A DNA stretch of 64,000 nucleotides from Vermamoeba vermiformis. Its lineage: Eukaryota. Position numbers and translations under genes: made by a program. The stretch spans positions 1-64,000 of the forward strand of contig JBEWZL010000047.1 in the NCBI GenBank assembly GCA_045837725.1. The letters run 5' to 3'. The notes beneath the pieces were generated by a model that made no database searches, was not told the DNA's origin, and saw nothing but the letters and a program-made list of their open reading frames with translations. This document shows positions 13,343 to 27,100 of the stretch, piece by piece (position 1 is the stretch's first letter; each line of letters starts with the position of its first letter).

Positions 13343-14913
13343 TTACAGAAAATCACCAGTATTATTAACCTTCGATCTTTTGTCTTTGGTGAAGCGCGGC
13401 GAATCTCGTTTTCTCTTTTTTGATGATTCTGGTGAGGTTTGGTGCTGATTAACAGGCTCTGCATCGAAATAGGGATGATTCAACGCTTCTTTCGCGGTTA
13501 TTCGTTGTGTTGGTTCGAATTCAAGAAGTTTGTTGACGAGATCTACCGCTCGTGGGTCTGCATTTGCTTTTTCAAATAGCTCGTCTTTCTTTGCAACGAA
13601 TTCTTCGTATTCCATTTTACTAAATAATCTTGGCTTATCTAACAACTGAAAACATTATAAAAAACGCGGTCAAAAAGTAAATCTAGATTTGACGACCGTC
13701 GATCTGACGTGCATCAATAACGTACCAGCTCCGTTAATATCACACCTACAGACCATACATCATTCGGGAATGGTTTTTGATCGAATGAACAAGCAATGGC
13801 CTCTCCAGGTGGCCTGTAATCGAAAGCGCCGGGCGTCCGAAATTTGTCTTTAAGCACATGAGCTGTATCAGGCGCGTAACCACTGCCGCTAAGGTCTGTC
13901 AAGTATATGTGTGGCTTGTCATTGCGCCATTCCCACACGATGTTTTGTGGAGCTATTGAACGGTGAACAATGAAGTTCTTGTGGAGCACCGACACTGCCT
14001 ACAATGTACTATTATCATAACGTATGTAGTATACGACAATAATAAATCGATATTAATAGTATTATTGATGTATGGAGTTTAATCTAGGGCTCGTATTGTA
14101 ACAGCTTTATTATAGCTATAATATTTGCATTACGATCGAGCAGCTGTTTTAACGATGCCCAAAGTGTATCAATAAGTGCAATGAATATTTGCCAATAATA
14201 TACTGAATGAAAAGTTGGATCTTACCAGCAACAGTTGGTAGGTCACGTCTTTTGGATAGTTCTTGAGGACACCGAGATCAAATGGATTATAATACGGTCT
14301 AATGATATAGTTGTTGAGATTGAGCCACGTAAGGTCCGGCCATGCAGCGGGAAGTTTGATAATATGCGGACAATTGAGCGGATCCAGTCTTTGATGCGTT
14401 GCCATTGCGTGCTCGAAGTGATCGGGTCCAAATAATTCTCCGAAGAATTTTTCACGCGTGTAGTCATTGGCCTTGTTCGGAACACTCATAAGACTGAGAT
14501 ATCGTTTTGTTCGTTTTCGTTTTCGGTTTAGTTTTACTGCTTCTTGAACTACAGTGTAGTTGTTGTAATCTGCTGGCCATTTAAAGCCTGCGAAGCTGGA
14601 AATGGAATTAATAATATTGTGGTGATAATATAATAATAATTAACATGAAATTGGCCACTGTAACGAAGGCTGCAAAAGGCGGCAACAATTACGCGAAATA
14701 ATTTTTAGCTAAAAAATTGAAAATTTTGACCACCTGCTAAATATTTCAGTATACTAAGTGACTTACCGATAGTTTTTTTTGACGTAGATTGGTAACGGCA
14801 CGGGTAAGACACAATCGAAAATAGATGTTGCTTCCCACTCGATCTAAATTGCAATTAGTGTCGTCTGCATTAAAGTACACTATTACATAGTGTTTCGAGA
14901 TTCTTTTCTTCAT
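13343..14913 (-). CDS. Divergent protein-kinase-fold protein (likely pseudokinase), copy 1
   Basis: Spliced model [15 protein letters not shown]..|FAGFKWP..; [69 protein letters not shown]. Confidence 0.8.
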
Positions 14914-14987
14914 TTTTCAACGGAAACTTCTGTTGATCCTACGAGCTGAAAATAATCAGTAAGTTAATTAAAACGCAAGCAGGTCGG

Positions 14988-15657
14988 TAAAAGAACCAAG
15001 TATACCCTTGTATATTTGTCTTTACAAATGATAAATAGTCTCGGCGGAGGTGTTGTCGATGGTTTTGTTTGGGTTTGAAAAATAAAATTTTGCGTCGCTT
15101 TCATTTCCGACCGAACCAAATCAGACCCACAGCACAAGGGATGAGTAATTTGACTGAAAAGCAACGCGCCGCGTTGGAGGAAAGGCATCCTGATGAGCTC
15201 GGTGATGATCTTATCCATCCTGATGAGATTAAGCCTCTTGAAAAACCCATGCAAGAGATCCAGCAAAATCTGATCGAAGACGAGCCCGAAGATAATAAAG
15301 ATATAGCGATGAAGAATATTATGATAGCGATGAAGACGTGATTACTATTGTTCTATGACGAAGAGGCTGTCAGGTAACTATTTATTTTCTTGCAAAGTAT
15401 TGTTATGAATTTTTAATCAACCTATTATTATTCACACAAATTAATATCTCGTGACTGAAATTAATTTATTCTAATTTTTTTTGTTGGGTTGGATCGATCC
15501 GCTTTTCTCAGGCGATCTGCAGCTTGATCCAATTATTAATAAACAGTGTAATAATAGTTTATTTTTAGGTGGTCCGAATTCGGCAATTACAAAATTCCAA
15601 CCTCAGACAACCACGAGTATGGCCGGATTGGATCGCAAGATCAACCTGAGCACGTTG
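14988..15657 (+). pseudogene. Duplicated eIF4E/RIO1 intergenic region plus truncated RIO1 5' fragment
   Basis: Near-identical to ~10122-10815, including the intron. Frameshift near 15300 gives a stop at 15341; similarity ends abruptly after INLSTL at 15657. Confidence 0.9.
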
Positions 15658-15704
15658 ATTACTACAGCCTCGTAGTTGCAACCGAAGAATCATTTGAAGG
15701 TGAT

Positions 15705-16993
15705 TTAACATCTCGGGCATTGAGGGTCAAGCTCAGTAAAGTACTGATGTTTCAGCGCTTCTTTTGCTGTCACCCGTTTTCTTGGATCTCGTACGAAAAG
15801 CTGGTTTACCAAATCTACTGCCAACGGATCTGCCCTTTTAAACAACCGATCCTTCTTTTTCCAAAATCTTTCGTATGCCAGATCCATCTTCGCAAACATT
15901 CTTGGCTTATCTAACAACTTTTCATAAAATCAGCGTCGATCCAAATCCAGCCCGAATTGACACATTTTAAAATCTAAAACTTACCAGCTCTGTTAATATA
16001 ATGCCTACAGCCCACACATCGTTTGGAAATAAGCCGTCATAATCAGCTATGGCCTCTCCAGGTGGTATGTAATCAAAATCGAATCCGGGTTGCATAAACC
16101 AGCCTTCTTTCAGCTCATGTTGTCTGTCAGGCACGTAACCACTGCCACTAAAGTCAGTCAAGTATATGTGTGGCTTGTCATTGCGCCATTCCCACACGAT
16201 GTTTTGTGGAGCTATTGAACGGTGAACAATGAAGTTCTTGTGGAGCACCGACACTGCCTACAATGAACTATTATCATAACGCATATAGTATAAAACAATA
16301 TTAAATCGATATTAATAGTATTATTGATGTATGGAGTTTAATCTAGGGCTCGTATTGTAAACAGTTTTACGTACCTGCAAAAGTTGATAGATCACTTCTC
16401 TTGGATAGTTCTTGAGTACTTCAAAATCGAACTGATTATAACGAGGGGTGATAACAATACTTCTTGGGAAGTTATCGACATTCGGCCATGCAGCGTGAAG
16501 TTTGATAATATGCGGACAATTGAGCGGATCCAATCGTTGATGTGCTGCCATCACACGGTCGTAGAAATCATCCTGGAAACATTCACCAAAAAAATTCATG
16601 CTCGTAAAGCCATTGGTCTCGTTTGGAATGCTTACAAGACTAAGGTATCGTTTTTTTGGATGTGCTGCAAGATCTACCGCGTAATTTTTGTAATCTTCTG
16701 GCCAGTCTAAATGAGCAAATCTGGGAATAAGGTTAACATAACGTTTCAATGTCGGTTCAATAAAACGAGCTGCAAAGGACCGCGAGGATTATATTAAAAT
16801 AGAATTTTCTATTTTCAAACTAATCGGATTTATCCTATTACCTGTAGTGTGATTCTACATATTTTGGTAATGGCATAGGTAAATTACCGCCAGAATATGA
16901 CCTTGCCTCCCATACAATCTAATCAGAATTAATTTAGTCTGTATTTTAAGAAGCACACGTTATTACGTGGTGTTTCAAACGCCTTTTTTCCAT
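15705..16993 (-). CDS. Divergent protein-kinase-fold protein (likely pseudokinase), copy 2
   Basis: Same exon structure as copy 1 (MEKRRLKHH|IVWEAR..|FAHLDWP..); [35 protein letters not shown]. Confidence 0.8.
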
Positions 16994-17217
16994 TTATATA
17001 GCGTACAATCTGCGCAAAGTTTTGTTGTGATTGGACCTTGCCTGGCGTTTAAAAACAACAACAGTGTGTTGCAAAAACAACAAAACGCGCTATCAACACT
17101 TCGACTGCGAAATATTCATTCACGGCCATACTGATTAGTCAATATTAAGGACCATATTTATTGGACTTCTCCACAGACAATTTCCCTCACATGTCAAATC
17201 CGTGATCTAAAACCACA

Positions 17218-18710
17218 ATGAATAGAAGATTGCAAAAACTACTTCTTGCGTGTATATTATCTATATTAATATTTATGTTAATATTTATGTTATTTTCAAA
17301 TGAGCCTGAATCGACATCTGAATCCGAGGATGATTTCACTCTTGTAATTGCCGTAATGTCAACACCTTTCAGTACAAAGAGGCGTGACGAAATTAGGGAG
17401 TCATATGTACAGCAGTATAAAGAGATATATTGTTCATTTTGCAAAGATAATCGAACAGATCCGAAGGTAATTAATTTTATTTATTTTAGCCGGATAATTT
17501 GGAACCTCTTAGACATTAATAATTAACTATTACGTATTGTAAGAGTTAATAATATTATTAATCTACTTTACTTTTCAGGTGCGATTGTATTTTTTCATCG
17601 GATATTTTAAGGACGTCAAAAACGATTCTGTTCGAGAAGAGCAGCAAAAATACAATGACTTAATATATTTGGATCATATGCGAGAGAATATGGAGCGAGG
17701 AAAATCCCTAGAAGTCATGAAATGGCTCAATCGTAATACCCGATCGACATTCGCAATGAAAACTGACGATGATAGCTTTATTATCGTTCCAAATCTATTG
17801 AAAAGATTAGAAAAGTTTAAAAAAGACTATCCTAAACGACGTAAGCACTATAATTCGTCTGCAATACCTCATTAATTAGATGCGTTTCTCCCGGTTGTTC
17901 AAGCAACACTTGACGGTACTAATAATCGATTTGGTTAAGATAGGAGTATTTATTATGGATATCCATTGATCGATGATGCGAAGGACGAAGTAAAAGAGAT
18001 ATTCATGGCCGGTATGGGGTAAGATTCTTTATTTATATCTCGCTCGTAAAAATAATTAACAATTTTAATGCAAGTGCGATAATAACGCTAATATTTAATA
18101 TCTATAGGTACATTATAAGCAGAAATCTTGTCGAGTTTCTCGGATCCATGTCAACAGCGTATACTGCAGGACCAGAAGATCAGGTCATCGCTACTCACGT
18201 TCATAGATATATTTTATACGGTAAGTATTAACTTACCAATATCGACATATTATTTTGATAGCGTATAACTTCGCATACTGAAAGTAAAATTCCAGTACGC
18301 GTTTTTACCAAATTTGGAAGCCATAGTATTAATTGATTATTTTTGATGCAGATAAGCAAAATTGGAACAAACAATTGGTAGTTATCGGCGACACGGTTCA
18401 TTTCCATGATTACCCGCAATTCAAAGGTCCTTCATCTTGGGAGTTAAGTTGCCAAGACATCGTAGTTCATCAGCTCAAGAGTAGTGCTCATTTGCGAAAA
18501 ACGAGCGAATTTTATGCTCAATGTTGTCAATTCGGCGAAAATAAGAAATTAGAAGATCAATCGACGGTTGTGCCTGAGATCTGTTCGTCACCTACACAAA
18601 GCGAAACTACTTGCAACAACGGACAGTCACGTGGCGTTGCTTGTCATAAGCCGAAGCGATTCAAAATTAGTGATAGGAGATACACGTACATTGACGAGTC
18701 TGTTGTGTAA
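17218..18710 (+). CDS. GT31-family galactosyltransferase-like type II membrane protein
   Basis: N-terminal TM helix; IAVMSTP..RRDEIRES, EEQQKYNDLI, ENMERGKS, AMKTDDDSFI (DxD), FMAGMGYIIS, GPEDQVI. Confidence 0.85.
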
Positions 18711-18912
18711 GAAGGTTTCTACTGAGGTCAGATCCAGATTCGATCTGCCGAATAGGAACACATTTTTAAATTTTATATAGAATAATCATAACGGCTTACT
18801 AATAATATGATTATGATCGTACTAACTTTGTGAATCGTAGGTAAATGTGGCATAAAACTCAAACAGGCACTGGAATTCTATTTTCAACCGTAATATTCAT
18901 CATATCAACACT

Positions 18913-19471
18913 ATGAGCACATTTTTAACGCGACAAATTAACGTACCAGTGGCTAACCCATTCACTCACACTAACGTTAGTTGCGATGTCTGCGGCGCTT
19001 CGCCGATCCAAGGAGTTAGATACAAGTGCGCAACCTGCCCTAATTTCGATATGTGTGCAAGTAAGTATAATTTACTGTTTTTAGGATTGTAGTAAATTTT
19101 CTACAAATTAAATATTTATTTTTGATTTTTGTCGTTTTTTTGTGGCCTTAAAATCTATTCAATTCTACCAAGCGATCTTAATTTGTAAATGCGAGGAAAA
19201 ATATTAAATAGAAATATTAGGACATAAGCAGTCACATAATTACGATTCGTTTTGTCAAATCCGTTACTAATCCACCTTCTTTTACATAGATTGCGAATCG
19301 AACGAATCCAATCACGACAACACACACGTGTTCTTAAAGCTCCGTTATCACATTGCCGAAGAGCCGTCTAATGCCTCCGCGCTGTTGCCTCACGTGCGCG
19401 TTCAACCACCACAGCAACGAGCTGTCCCTGTGCCTGTACTCGACCGTCCTTATCCTCACAGAACCGATTAA
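18913..19471 (+). CDS. Small stand-alone ZZ-type zinc finger protein 1 (2 exons; not in ORF track)
   Basis: HTNVSCDVCGASPIQGVRYKCATCPNFDMCA|NCESNESNHDNTHVFLKL. Confidence 0.88.
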
Positions 19472-19793
19472 CACTTGTATTATTATTATTATTGCTGGCA
19501 GTAGTACTAAAGCTAAATTCTTTAAATTACAAGCAAAAGTTTCAGATCAAGATCACCGGTGATAATTTTGACCCACGTCGCAACTTATTCTGCATATTAT
19601 ACTATAACAGTATATACTAGCTGTTTTGTTTTCGAAAACAGGACCGGATTGGAAATCTCAAGTTGTTGTAGGTAAACGTGTCAATTTCCTTTTGACGTTA
19701 AAATCAGATTAAAGCAGGAACGCAAGTTGTGACCTCAACTCGATTTTGTTCATTGCATTACTTATATTCTTATTACTCAACATCATATTTATC

Positions 19794-20310
19794 ATGTTTT
19801 CTGGACGCCGTATGGTCCAACCTGCCAGCACTGTGCCCGTTCACACTTCCGTGGGTTGTGACGTCTGTGGGGCTTCACCGATCCAGGGGATTAGATACAA
19901 ATGCGTTAATTGCCCTAATTTTGACTTATGTGCAAGTAAGAATGCCTTTTTACTAGCACTGCTTTGCTTCGAATCGAATTTATCGGCAGATCTGCTTTAA
20001 AAAAAGTCGATTTTTAACCAATTAATTTACATTCAAATGAACATTATAATTTTATATTAATTTTAAAAAATCCTGGAATAGAGAATCAGTCTTTCGTAAA
20101 CAATTGCGAATCTGATCTTTAACTGCTTGTTTTCCTCTTACAGACTGCGAGGCCAACGTTGATAATCACGACAAGTCACACGTGTTTCTAAAATTACGCA
20201 CTCCGGTAGTCGAGGAGCCCTCGAACGCGTACGCTTTGTTGCCGGGTGTTAGAGTCAAGACAGATGAACCCAGTCTGAACATTCCTCACGATCAAGTACG
20301 CTTTGATTAA
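19794..20310 (+). CDS. Small stand-alone ZZ-type zinc finger protein 2
   Basis: [49 protein letters not shown]; same intron position as copy 1. Confidence 0.88.
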
Positions 20311-20549
20311 AAAAGAACTTAAATCTGTGTCTGTTTGTAACGCTAACTCGGTCTTGTAATAAAATAATGAAACTTTTCGTTAACGGGATCCGGTCGTTAC
20401 ATGCCTGTGCCGAAAATGTTAATAATTAACCTCGACCGACAAATATTATTATTTTCTTAAACGACACAAATAACGCTTACAAAGCGAGTTACGGACGCTT
20501 CTAATATTTGCCGAGTTTGGATCCAAAATTTATTTTATTACGGTTCCGG

Positions 20550-22252
20550 TTACATAGTGCCTCTATTAATTAAATCAACCATAACCAAGTGTTTCATATG
20601 CGCAAACCGTTCCATAACTGCTCCTTTGGTTACATTTCCAGTAAATAGTATTCGGGTCAGGTTGGTTAATGTTGTCAAATAATCGAGGTGGTGTTCGTTT
20701 GCGATGAATCGTAATATCAGCGTGTTCAAGTTTGTTAATTTGGCCATATGCATGAACCATCCAATTGAATTTTGAGCAACGGTGTCTAAGTGTTTTAGAT
20801 TCGTAAATCTGTTTTCGAGATCCGTGCTTGAATCTTTCGGAGGCTGATCAAAAACGAGCCCCGTCAAGTTAGTTAATGTACTAAGACTATCATATAGTTC
20901 ATGTGTCACTTCTGTATTAAGATTGAGATAAACGAGGCCGGTCAGATGCGCAATGTCCAACTGCCCCAAGTCATAGGGCTCTCCATCTCCAAATACGAGT
21001 AACGACTTTAATTTCGTTAATGTTTTGATATAGGTCTCGTCTCTGTCCAAGTTATAGCGAATTTGCAAGTTTGTTAAATTTGTCAAGTGAGATAAATGCT
21101 GTGTTTGTCGGGTGCTTTCAATGATTAACTCTTGCAGTCCAGCCAAGCACGTGATATTTTCAGTGAATTCCACGACTTCGCCGGCAATTGTAAGTTGCGT
21201 CAAATTCGGTGCATTAACATAAGGCCAAAGTTGTGGTCCTATAATATCATCACGGAATGAAAATTCCGCGCTCTCGAGTGCTGTCAATGCTGTCAAAAAT
21301 GTGAAGTTTCCCTGAATGGTCGGACCACCTCCGATGGCAGTCAGTGAGAGGTCTTTCAAGTTCGTTAATGCTGCCAATTGTGAAGTAATCTGCAGTAGAT
21401 CTTCTTCGAATGCAAGTGTCAAACGTGTCAGTTTTGTATTTGCATCTAAGTGGGATATTGACGGGGCGGAGTAATTGAGGTATTCCAAATTAGGCAATAG
21501 ATATTGTGGACATCGATGACGACAGACAAATTTGGTCAAATTTTGGAATCGGCTGATAGTCGTACTGTATTCTTCGTTAAATGCTCCATCTTCGACCAAA
21601 ACCAAGGACAATTCTCGGAGTTTTAAAGGCGCAGGTATTTTTGCCAACAGATCTGCCTCTTCTCTATCCATTAATACTAAGCTCAAACTCTTAAGATTTG
21701 ATATGACTTCAAATGGTTGAGTTTCTCTCCACGAAGCAATTTTCATCTTCAATTTGGTCAAGTTGCGATAATGGGCTAACAGCTTCTCGGGATATTGTGC
21801 TCTAAGTCTGAAATATTGCAGATTTGTTAGGCTGGACAAGTGCATCCACTCGTTTGCGCTTTTCAATGCCAAAAATCGCTCCAGATGTAGACTCGTAGCA
21901 TGAGTAAGACGAGAAAGTTGTAGAATTTGTTGCATATCTCCTCTGAAGTGAGATTTGAGAAAAGTTATGCCGATGGGGTGATTGTATTGCATTAACCGGT
22001 CTATTATCTCCTCTAACGTCGATAGATCGGTCCAATAAAATATAAATGTGTCGTATTGGATTATTCTGAACCATTCTTTCGATGTGGCTCGTGCCAAGCG
22101 CTTTGATCTGTCATCCAAAATTTGTAAAATAATTTTCTTTAATTCCAAAGGCAATGAATCCTATTTTACTCGTTAGAATTTTCTTTTGAAAGCGCATTAA
22201 AATTACAATTATAATATTCTATATCCTGGTACGGTAGTGGAAAGTTTACCAT
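20550..22252 (-). CDS. F-box / leucine-rich repeat protein
   Basis: F-box DSLPLELKKIILQILD..RATSKEW followed by many LxxLTNLxxL repeats. The first coding exon is probably just ATG at 22252 followed by a GTAAAC intron. Confidence 0.85.
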
Positions 22253-22597
22253 TGTGCGCTCGAAATTCTGACAATACAGAGGTATTAATTATAGTCCTTT
22301 TTATAAAGAACTGCTCAGTATTAGTAATATAATAATGGTTAACGGGCTGTCAAGTGTTATAGCTCGTTTGAGATCGGACTGTTTAACACAAGTTTCGAAC
22401 TTGAAAAATTTTCAATACAGCACACAATAATATCAACCAATCATCATCTCGGTAGTAACTGCTCTTGCTTACACAACTTGGCACGTATACCTACTCGCGT
22501 TAAATTAGGAAATAGCCTGATTGACAAATCGAAGTCTTTGACGAGGCACAAAAACAAATTAAACCACGTCGTTTATTGTATAATAATAAGTCTCAAC

Positions 22598-23695
22598 ATG
22601 AGCACGTCAGTACTGTCATTCACTCCTTCCATTAACGACTTGCATCTGAATACAATTAACGGTGTTCTCGGCGATGTAAGTCAAACTGACCTCAACGAAT
22701 TTTCATCGCCTCAGCAACGCGTGCAAGCGCATCTCAAATATGTCTTGAATATCGTAAGTACCAAATTTCGAATTTTAGTATTTTTTGGTGTTTAATTTGA
22801 TTTATTTTCAAGCTCGAATCCGGTCAATTTGCTCCAACAAGCTTGACTGTCTCTCAAATGCACAATAGAAGCAAATGCATAAATATCCTTCGCGATTATA
22901 TGATTGCAGGAGTGTTTCCTCACCAATTTGAGGTATTGTAAATTTGAAAAATTAGTTTTTAAAATACCGTACTTTAGTGCCCAGATCCATCTGCCACACA
23001 TCGCCCATGCTTCAAAGATGACGCAAACAACGTATGCGCAGTTGGTCATTTGATCGAGAAGACCGTAGGCATGGAAGTGGTTGATCAGATCAACAACTCA
23101 TTCAAGTTCGCCTACATCCGCGACATGGACTTGACGCTCATTGAACAATGGAAATTTGAATATGGTTTCAGTTTGATAGAGCTCGCTATGGTACGAATAC
23201 GCTTCAAGAATTAAAACAATCAAGACTAAATTTTTTTTGTTTACAGATTCAGCCGAGTTACTCCTTCGTTCGCCGAGAATTTGACAAATTTGAGAAAAAT
23301 CTACGAGATACATCGCCAAATTCTCACACTGGAGTTCGTTGTGACAATTGTGGTGTTACTCCGATCTACGGTGTCCGCTACAAATGCGTTAATTGCCCCA
23401 ATTATGACTTATGTGCCAGTAAGTATACGCAGCTTATTAACGACCTCAATATTATACTCACAAAAATATTTGTTTTGGATCGGATCCAAAATTTACAGTG
23501 TAAATGCGTGACATTATATTTTACGAAATTTCAAACGGTGTTAGCTGATTGGTTCGTTTTTTAGACTGCGAGACATTGGACACCGGCCACAACAAAAGTC
23601 ACGTGTTCTTAAAGCTGAAATTTGCCATCACCAAAGAGCCTGACAACACTACCCCGCTGTTACCGAACATCACAGTGCAAGCGAACAATAGTTAG
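22598..23695 (+). CDS. Uncharacterised N-terminal domain fused to a C-terminal ZZ zinc finger (5 exons)
   Basis: Spliced: [58 protein letters not shown], then [44 protein letters not shown]. Confidence 0.85.
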
Positions 23696-24164
23696 TCCTT
23701 CAGCAAGTCAATTAGTCCTACTTTACCTAAGCAAAAAACTCGAGTCATTTTTACCAAGGTATTTTGATAGTCGATCGTTGTTGTATTTGCAGTTGGAAAT
23801 TTTTTAAAAATTAAACCCCGACGGAAGCGTTAAAGCTGTAGAAGGCAATACAATTATTACTGCGAGCACGTTGAAATGGCTTTTTGATGAATCTAGAATC
23901 ACGATCGTGAAATCAAATCACAGCAAAATTAAATGGCACGTGCAAAAACCTTTGTAAATTAAATCAGGACTTCTAACCGGTCACAACGTGTCAGAAATAA
24001 ACCAGAATAATGTCATTACTGCCTATGCCGGCATCGTTAACAATTTTAGACGGATTTTCAGTTGAAACACCCCGGAGGTCAAAAACCCTCTGCATCCAGA
24101 TTCACCAAACAATCGGAAACAAAATCGCTCCAGTTGTTACAATAACAATTAATTGATCGCATCA

Positions 24165-27100
24165 ATGAACAATAAATCGCCGGTACGTACTTTTAGTTCT
24201 GAGGAAATTTTAAATCGAATTCTCTTTTAAAAAGAGAGAGAATGATTTAGGAGTGTCTTGTTAATTCATGATTTATTGCATTGTCGTTAATAATATATTA
24301 TTAATTATTTAATTTAGATTTTTACGTTGCGATCTCCCTACGACACTGTTGGACCTCTCGTTCGTGTCCAGAGCCTGAGCGTTGCCCTCAACGATAAAAT
24401 CTATTATTTTGGCGGTTCTATTTCAAGGGACGAAGTAACAACCGATGTGTCTTGTGGCACGATCAGAATATTTGACACGACATCCGGTACTTGGGCTCAG
24501 ATCGAGACAATGCCGCCCCGGCCAAAATGCAAAAGCACTAAATTGCGGGGTGTGGCAGTAGGCACAGATATTTGGGTGTTGGAAGGAGATAACTGGCATG
24601 TTTTTGACACTATCCAAAGCAGATGGCGCGACACTTCAATTCAACTCGACCAGCACGCAGCCGAACATTACGCAATCGCAGTTGTAAAGGATAATATTGT
24701 ATACTACGACAATGCACATGGCTTCGAAGATATGCACGTGGTCATTCTCGATACTACTGCCATGATCTTGCACTCACATCCGGAAAGCTATGGCAATCTC
24801 CCGTATGACCGCCGCAATCCACTTATGATAGCGCTCAATGAGGACATTATGTTCCTATACGCACCTTATGCAAGTTACGAGGACGAAAGAGCCAAGAAGA
24901 ACGGCGAAATGTTCTTCTACGAAATGAAGCAAGGCAAGTGGGCTCGTGCCGACACTTCCAAGAAGCTGAAACGAATGCAAGAATATGTGTTATATATTGG
25001 CCGGATCGAGCACCTACTCTTGTTTATGTCGAAAAGATCCATTCGGACTTTGGACTTGCGCACCTTTGCTTGGAAAGCGCATGCGATCAACGTGGATGGC
25101 ACCGCTAAAGGCCTCGTCATTCGTGTGGCAACCTTGCTAGGCGACAAGATCTACTGTTGCATGAGCAACGGAAAGGTGTGCGTCATTGACATTACGGGCA
25201 TTAAGACTGCACGAAGTCAACAGATCATGACCGGCATCATCGAACGGGCAAAAGTGCTGCTGGCCGCTATTAAGGTAAATCAAGTATTATTAATGTGGGG
25301 CGTAGTTAACACGTAATAGCGCCCTAATACAGCCGTTGATGAGTTCAGTGCCGAGCCAATCCTGGTGGACACAAAGCTAGAAGCTGTCAAGTTGGACGAT
25401 ATTAAAAGCTACAAAGAAATCCCTGCAGACTTCAAGTCATTATTTCCGCTTATCGACCCCAAGACCATCGTGTCCAACACCGTCCCCGAGCCATCAGACA
25501 CAGTGCGCATGCACAAGAACTACCTCCACTACCTCACTCTCGCATGGTCAAATCACTTCTCAGTGGTGTTGTCACCTGACATTATTTTCTTCACGATCTT
25601 GTGCGAGATTGCAGATGTAATCTTGGGTGATCCAGTTTCGTATCGACACTTGTTCACTGACTCGACTGATAAGAAAGAAATTATGTCACTGACTCACGGT
25701 GTTGAGCTCATCGATGTTACTCAGCTAATACACGGTAAGCCATAGTTTTACTTGATAATTGTAGTCAGTAGCAGCCTCTAAGAACACATAATAGGTATCG
25801 CGAAGAACGTGCCAATTGACTCGAGTATTTTCACTGCGAACTTCACGAGCAGTACAGCAGACTCACAACTCGCCATTCAGTCTGCTTTCTGCGAAACAAT
25901 GTCTGCATATTATTACTACGTTTGTGGACTCTGTGGCATTCCGCGCATCAAGGTCCTTGGTACGAAAGAAGACTGGCAAATGATTGAACAAAAAGTTCAT
26001 TGCATGCGTACTGAAGTGTTCAGTCAAGACACCACCACGACCAAGAAACTGAGCACGTATCTTTCAAAGATCGAGTCACAAGTGCGCAAAATTTACACAA
26101 CAAGAGACCCATCGTTCTGGAAAGACATGTTCTACATTGACGACTGTCAGAGCGGTCACGTCGCTGTTGTCACTGGGTGGATTGCAATGTTTTACGTCGA
26201 GCATGAGGCTGTTAGAAAGGACGGGCACACAACGTACTCGGGCAACGACTTTTACAACTACAAGTCACACATCTCAACTGTCAAGTGGAGAAACATCGAA
26301 ACAGAGCGGCAGTTTGAGCTCAAGTGTGGTCTTTTCTCGAGCAGAATTGTTAGTGGCATTAATGAGCTTGACACAAAGTATCCATGGCTTGAACCATCGT
26401 TCAGTCACGTGATCGTCGAGACTGATGGCTCAGGCAAGATGTCGCCCGAACGTTTCAAAACGTACATTGAAACTTTAGACGGAGGAGACCGCTCTCTCAT
26501 GGAATCATTCTACGAGCTGTGGAAAGACAATCCAATGGAGTTCGTGAAAGGCGATAAAGAGCTGTCATTCCGTTATCAGCTTGTTGGTATGCAAATTGAT
26601 GCGTGGAAAGAACAGTACTTGAAGACTGGACAAAGCCTACCAAGCATCGATTTAACGAAAGGAAATTGTGGCCAAGCATTAAGTTCTAAAAGAGGCTACA
26701 AAGACCTGAACAAACCCGCTGCCGAATTACTTGCGAACAAGATCTGCGAGTACTTGGCACTCGATCGACATGTCAAAAGTGTCAAATTATGCAACGGCAG
26801 AGAGGCAGCAGTACCGCTTGAAGAAGCGATAGTCAAGTCACTGATTGGCTATTCAGCACTCGAAGAGCTCAGTCTGGCTTGCATCACCACACAGCTTTAC
26901 GATTTGTTGGCACAGCTGCTAGTGCACCCTGAGTGCAGATTAAAGACGCTCAAGATTGGTGGTGACGACGGCGAAGTATTTCGCTGTCCAACACCCAGTC
27001 TAGTCAACTTTGCCGAGGCGTTATTGCAGACAAAAGCTCCATTAGAAACGCTCTTCATGATTCCATTCTCGGATGTTCGATTAGCACACTCAATCAGCCA

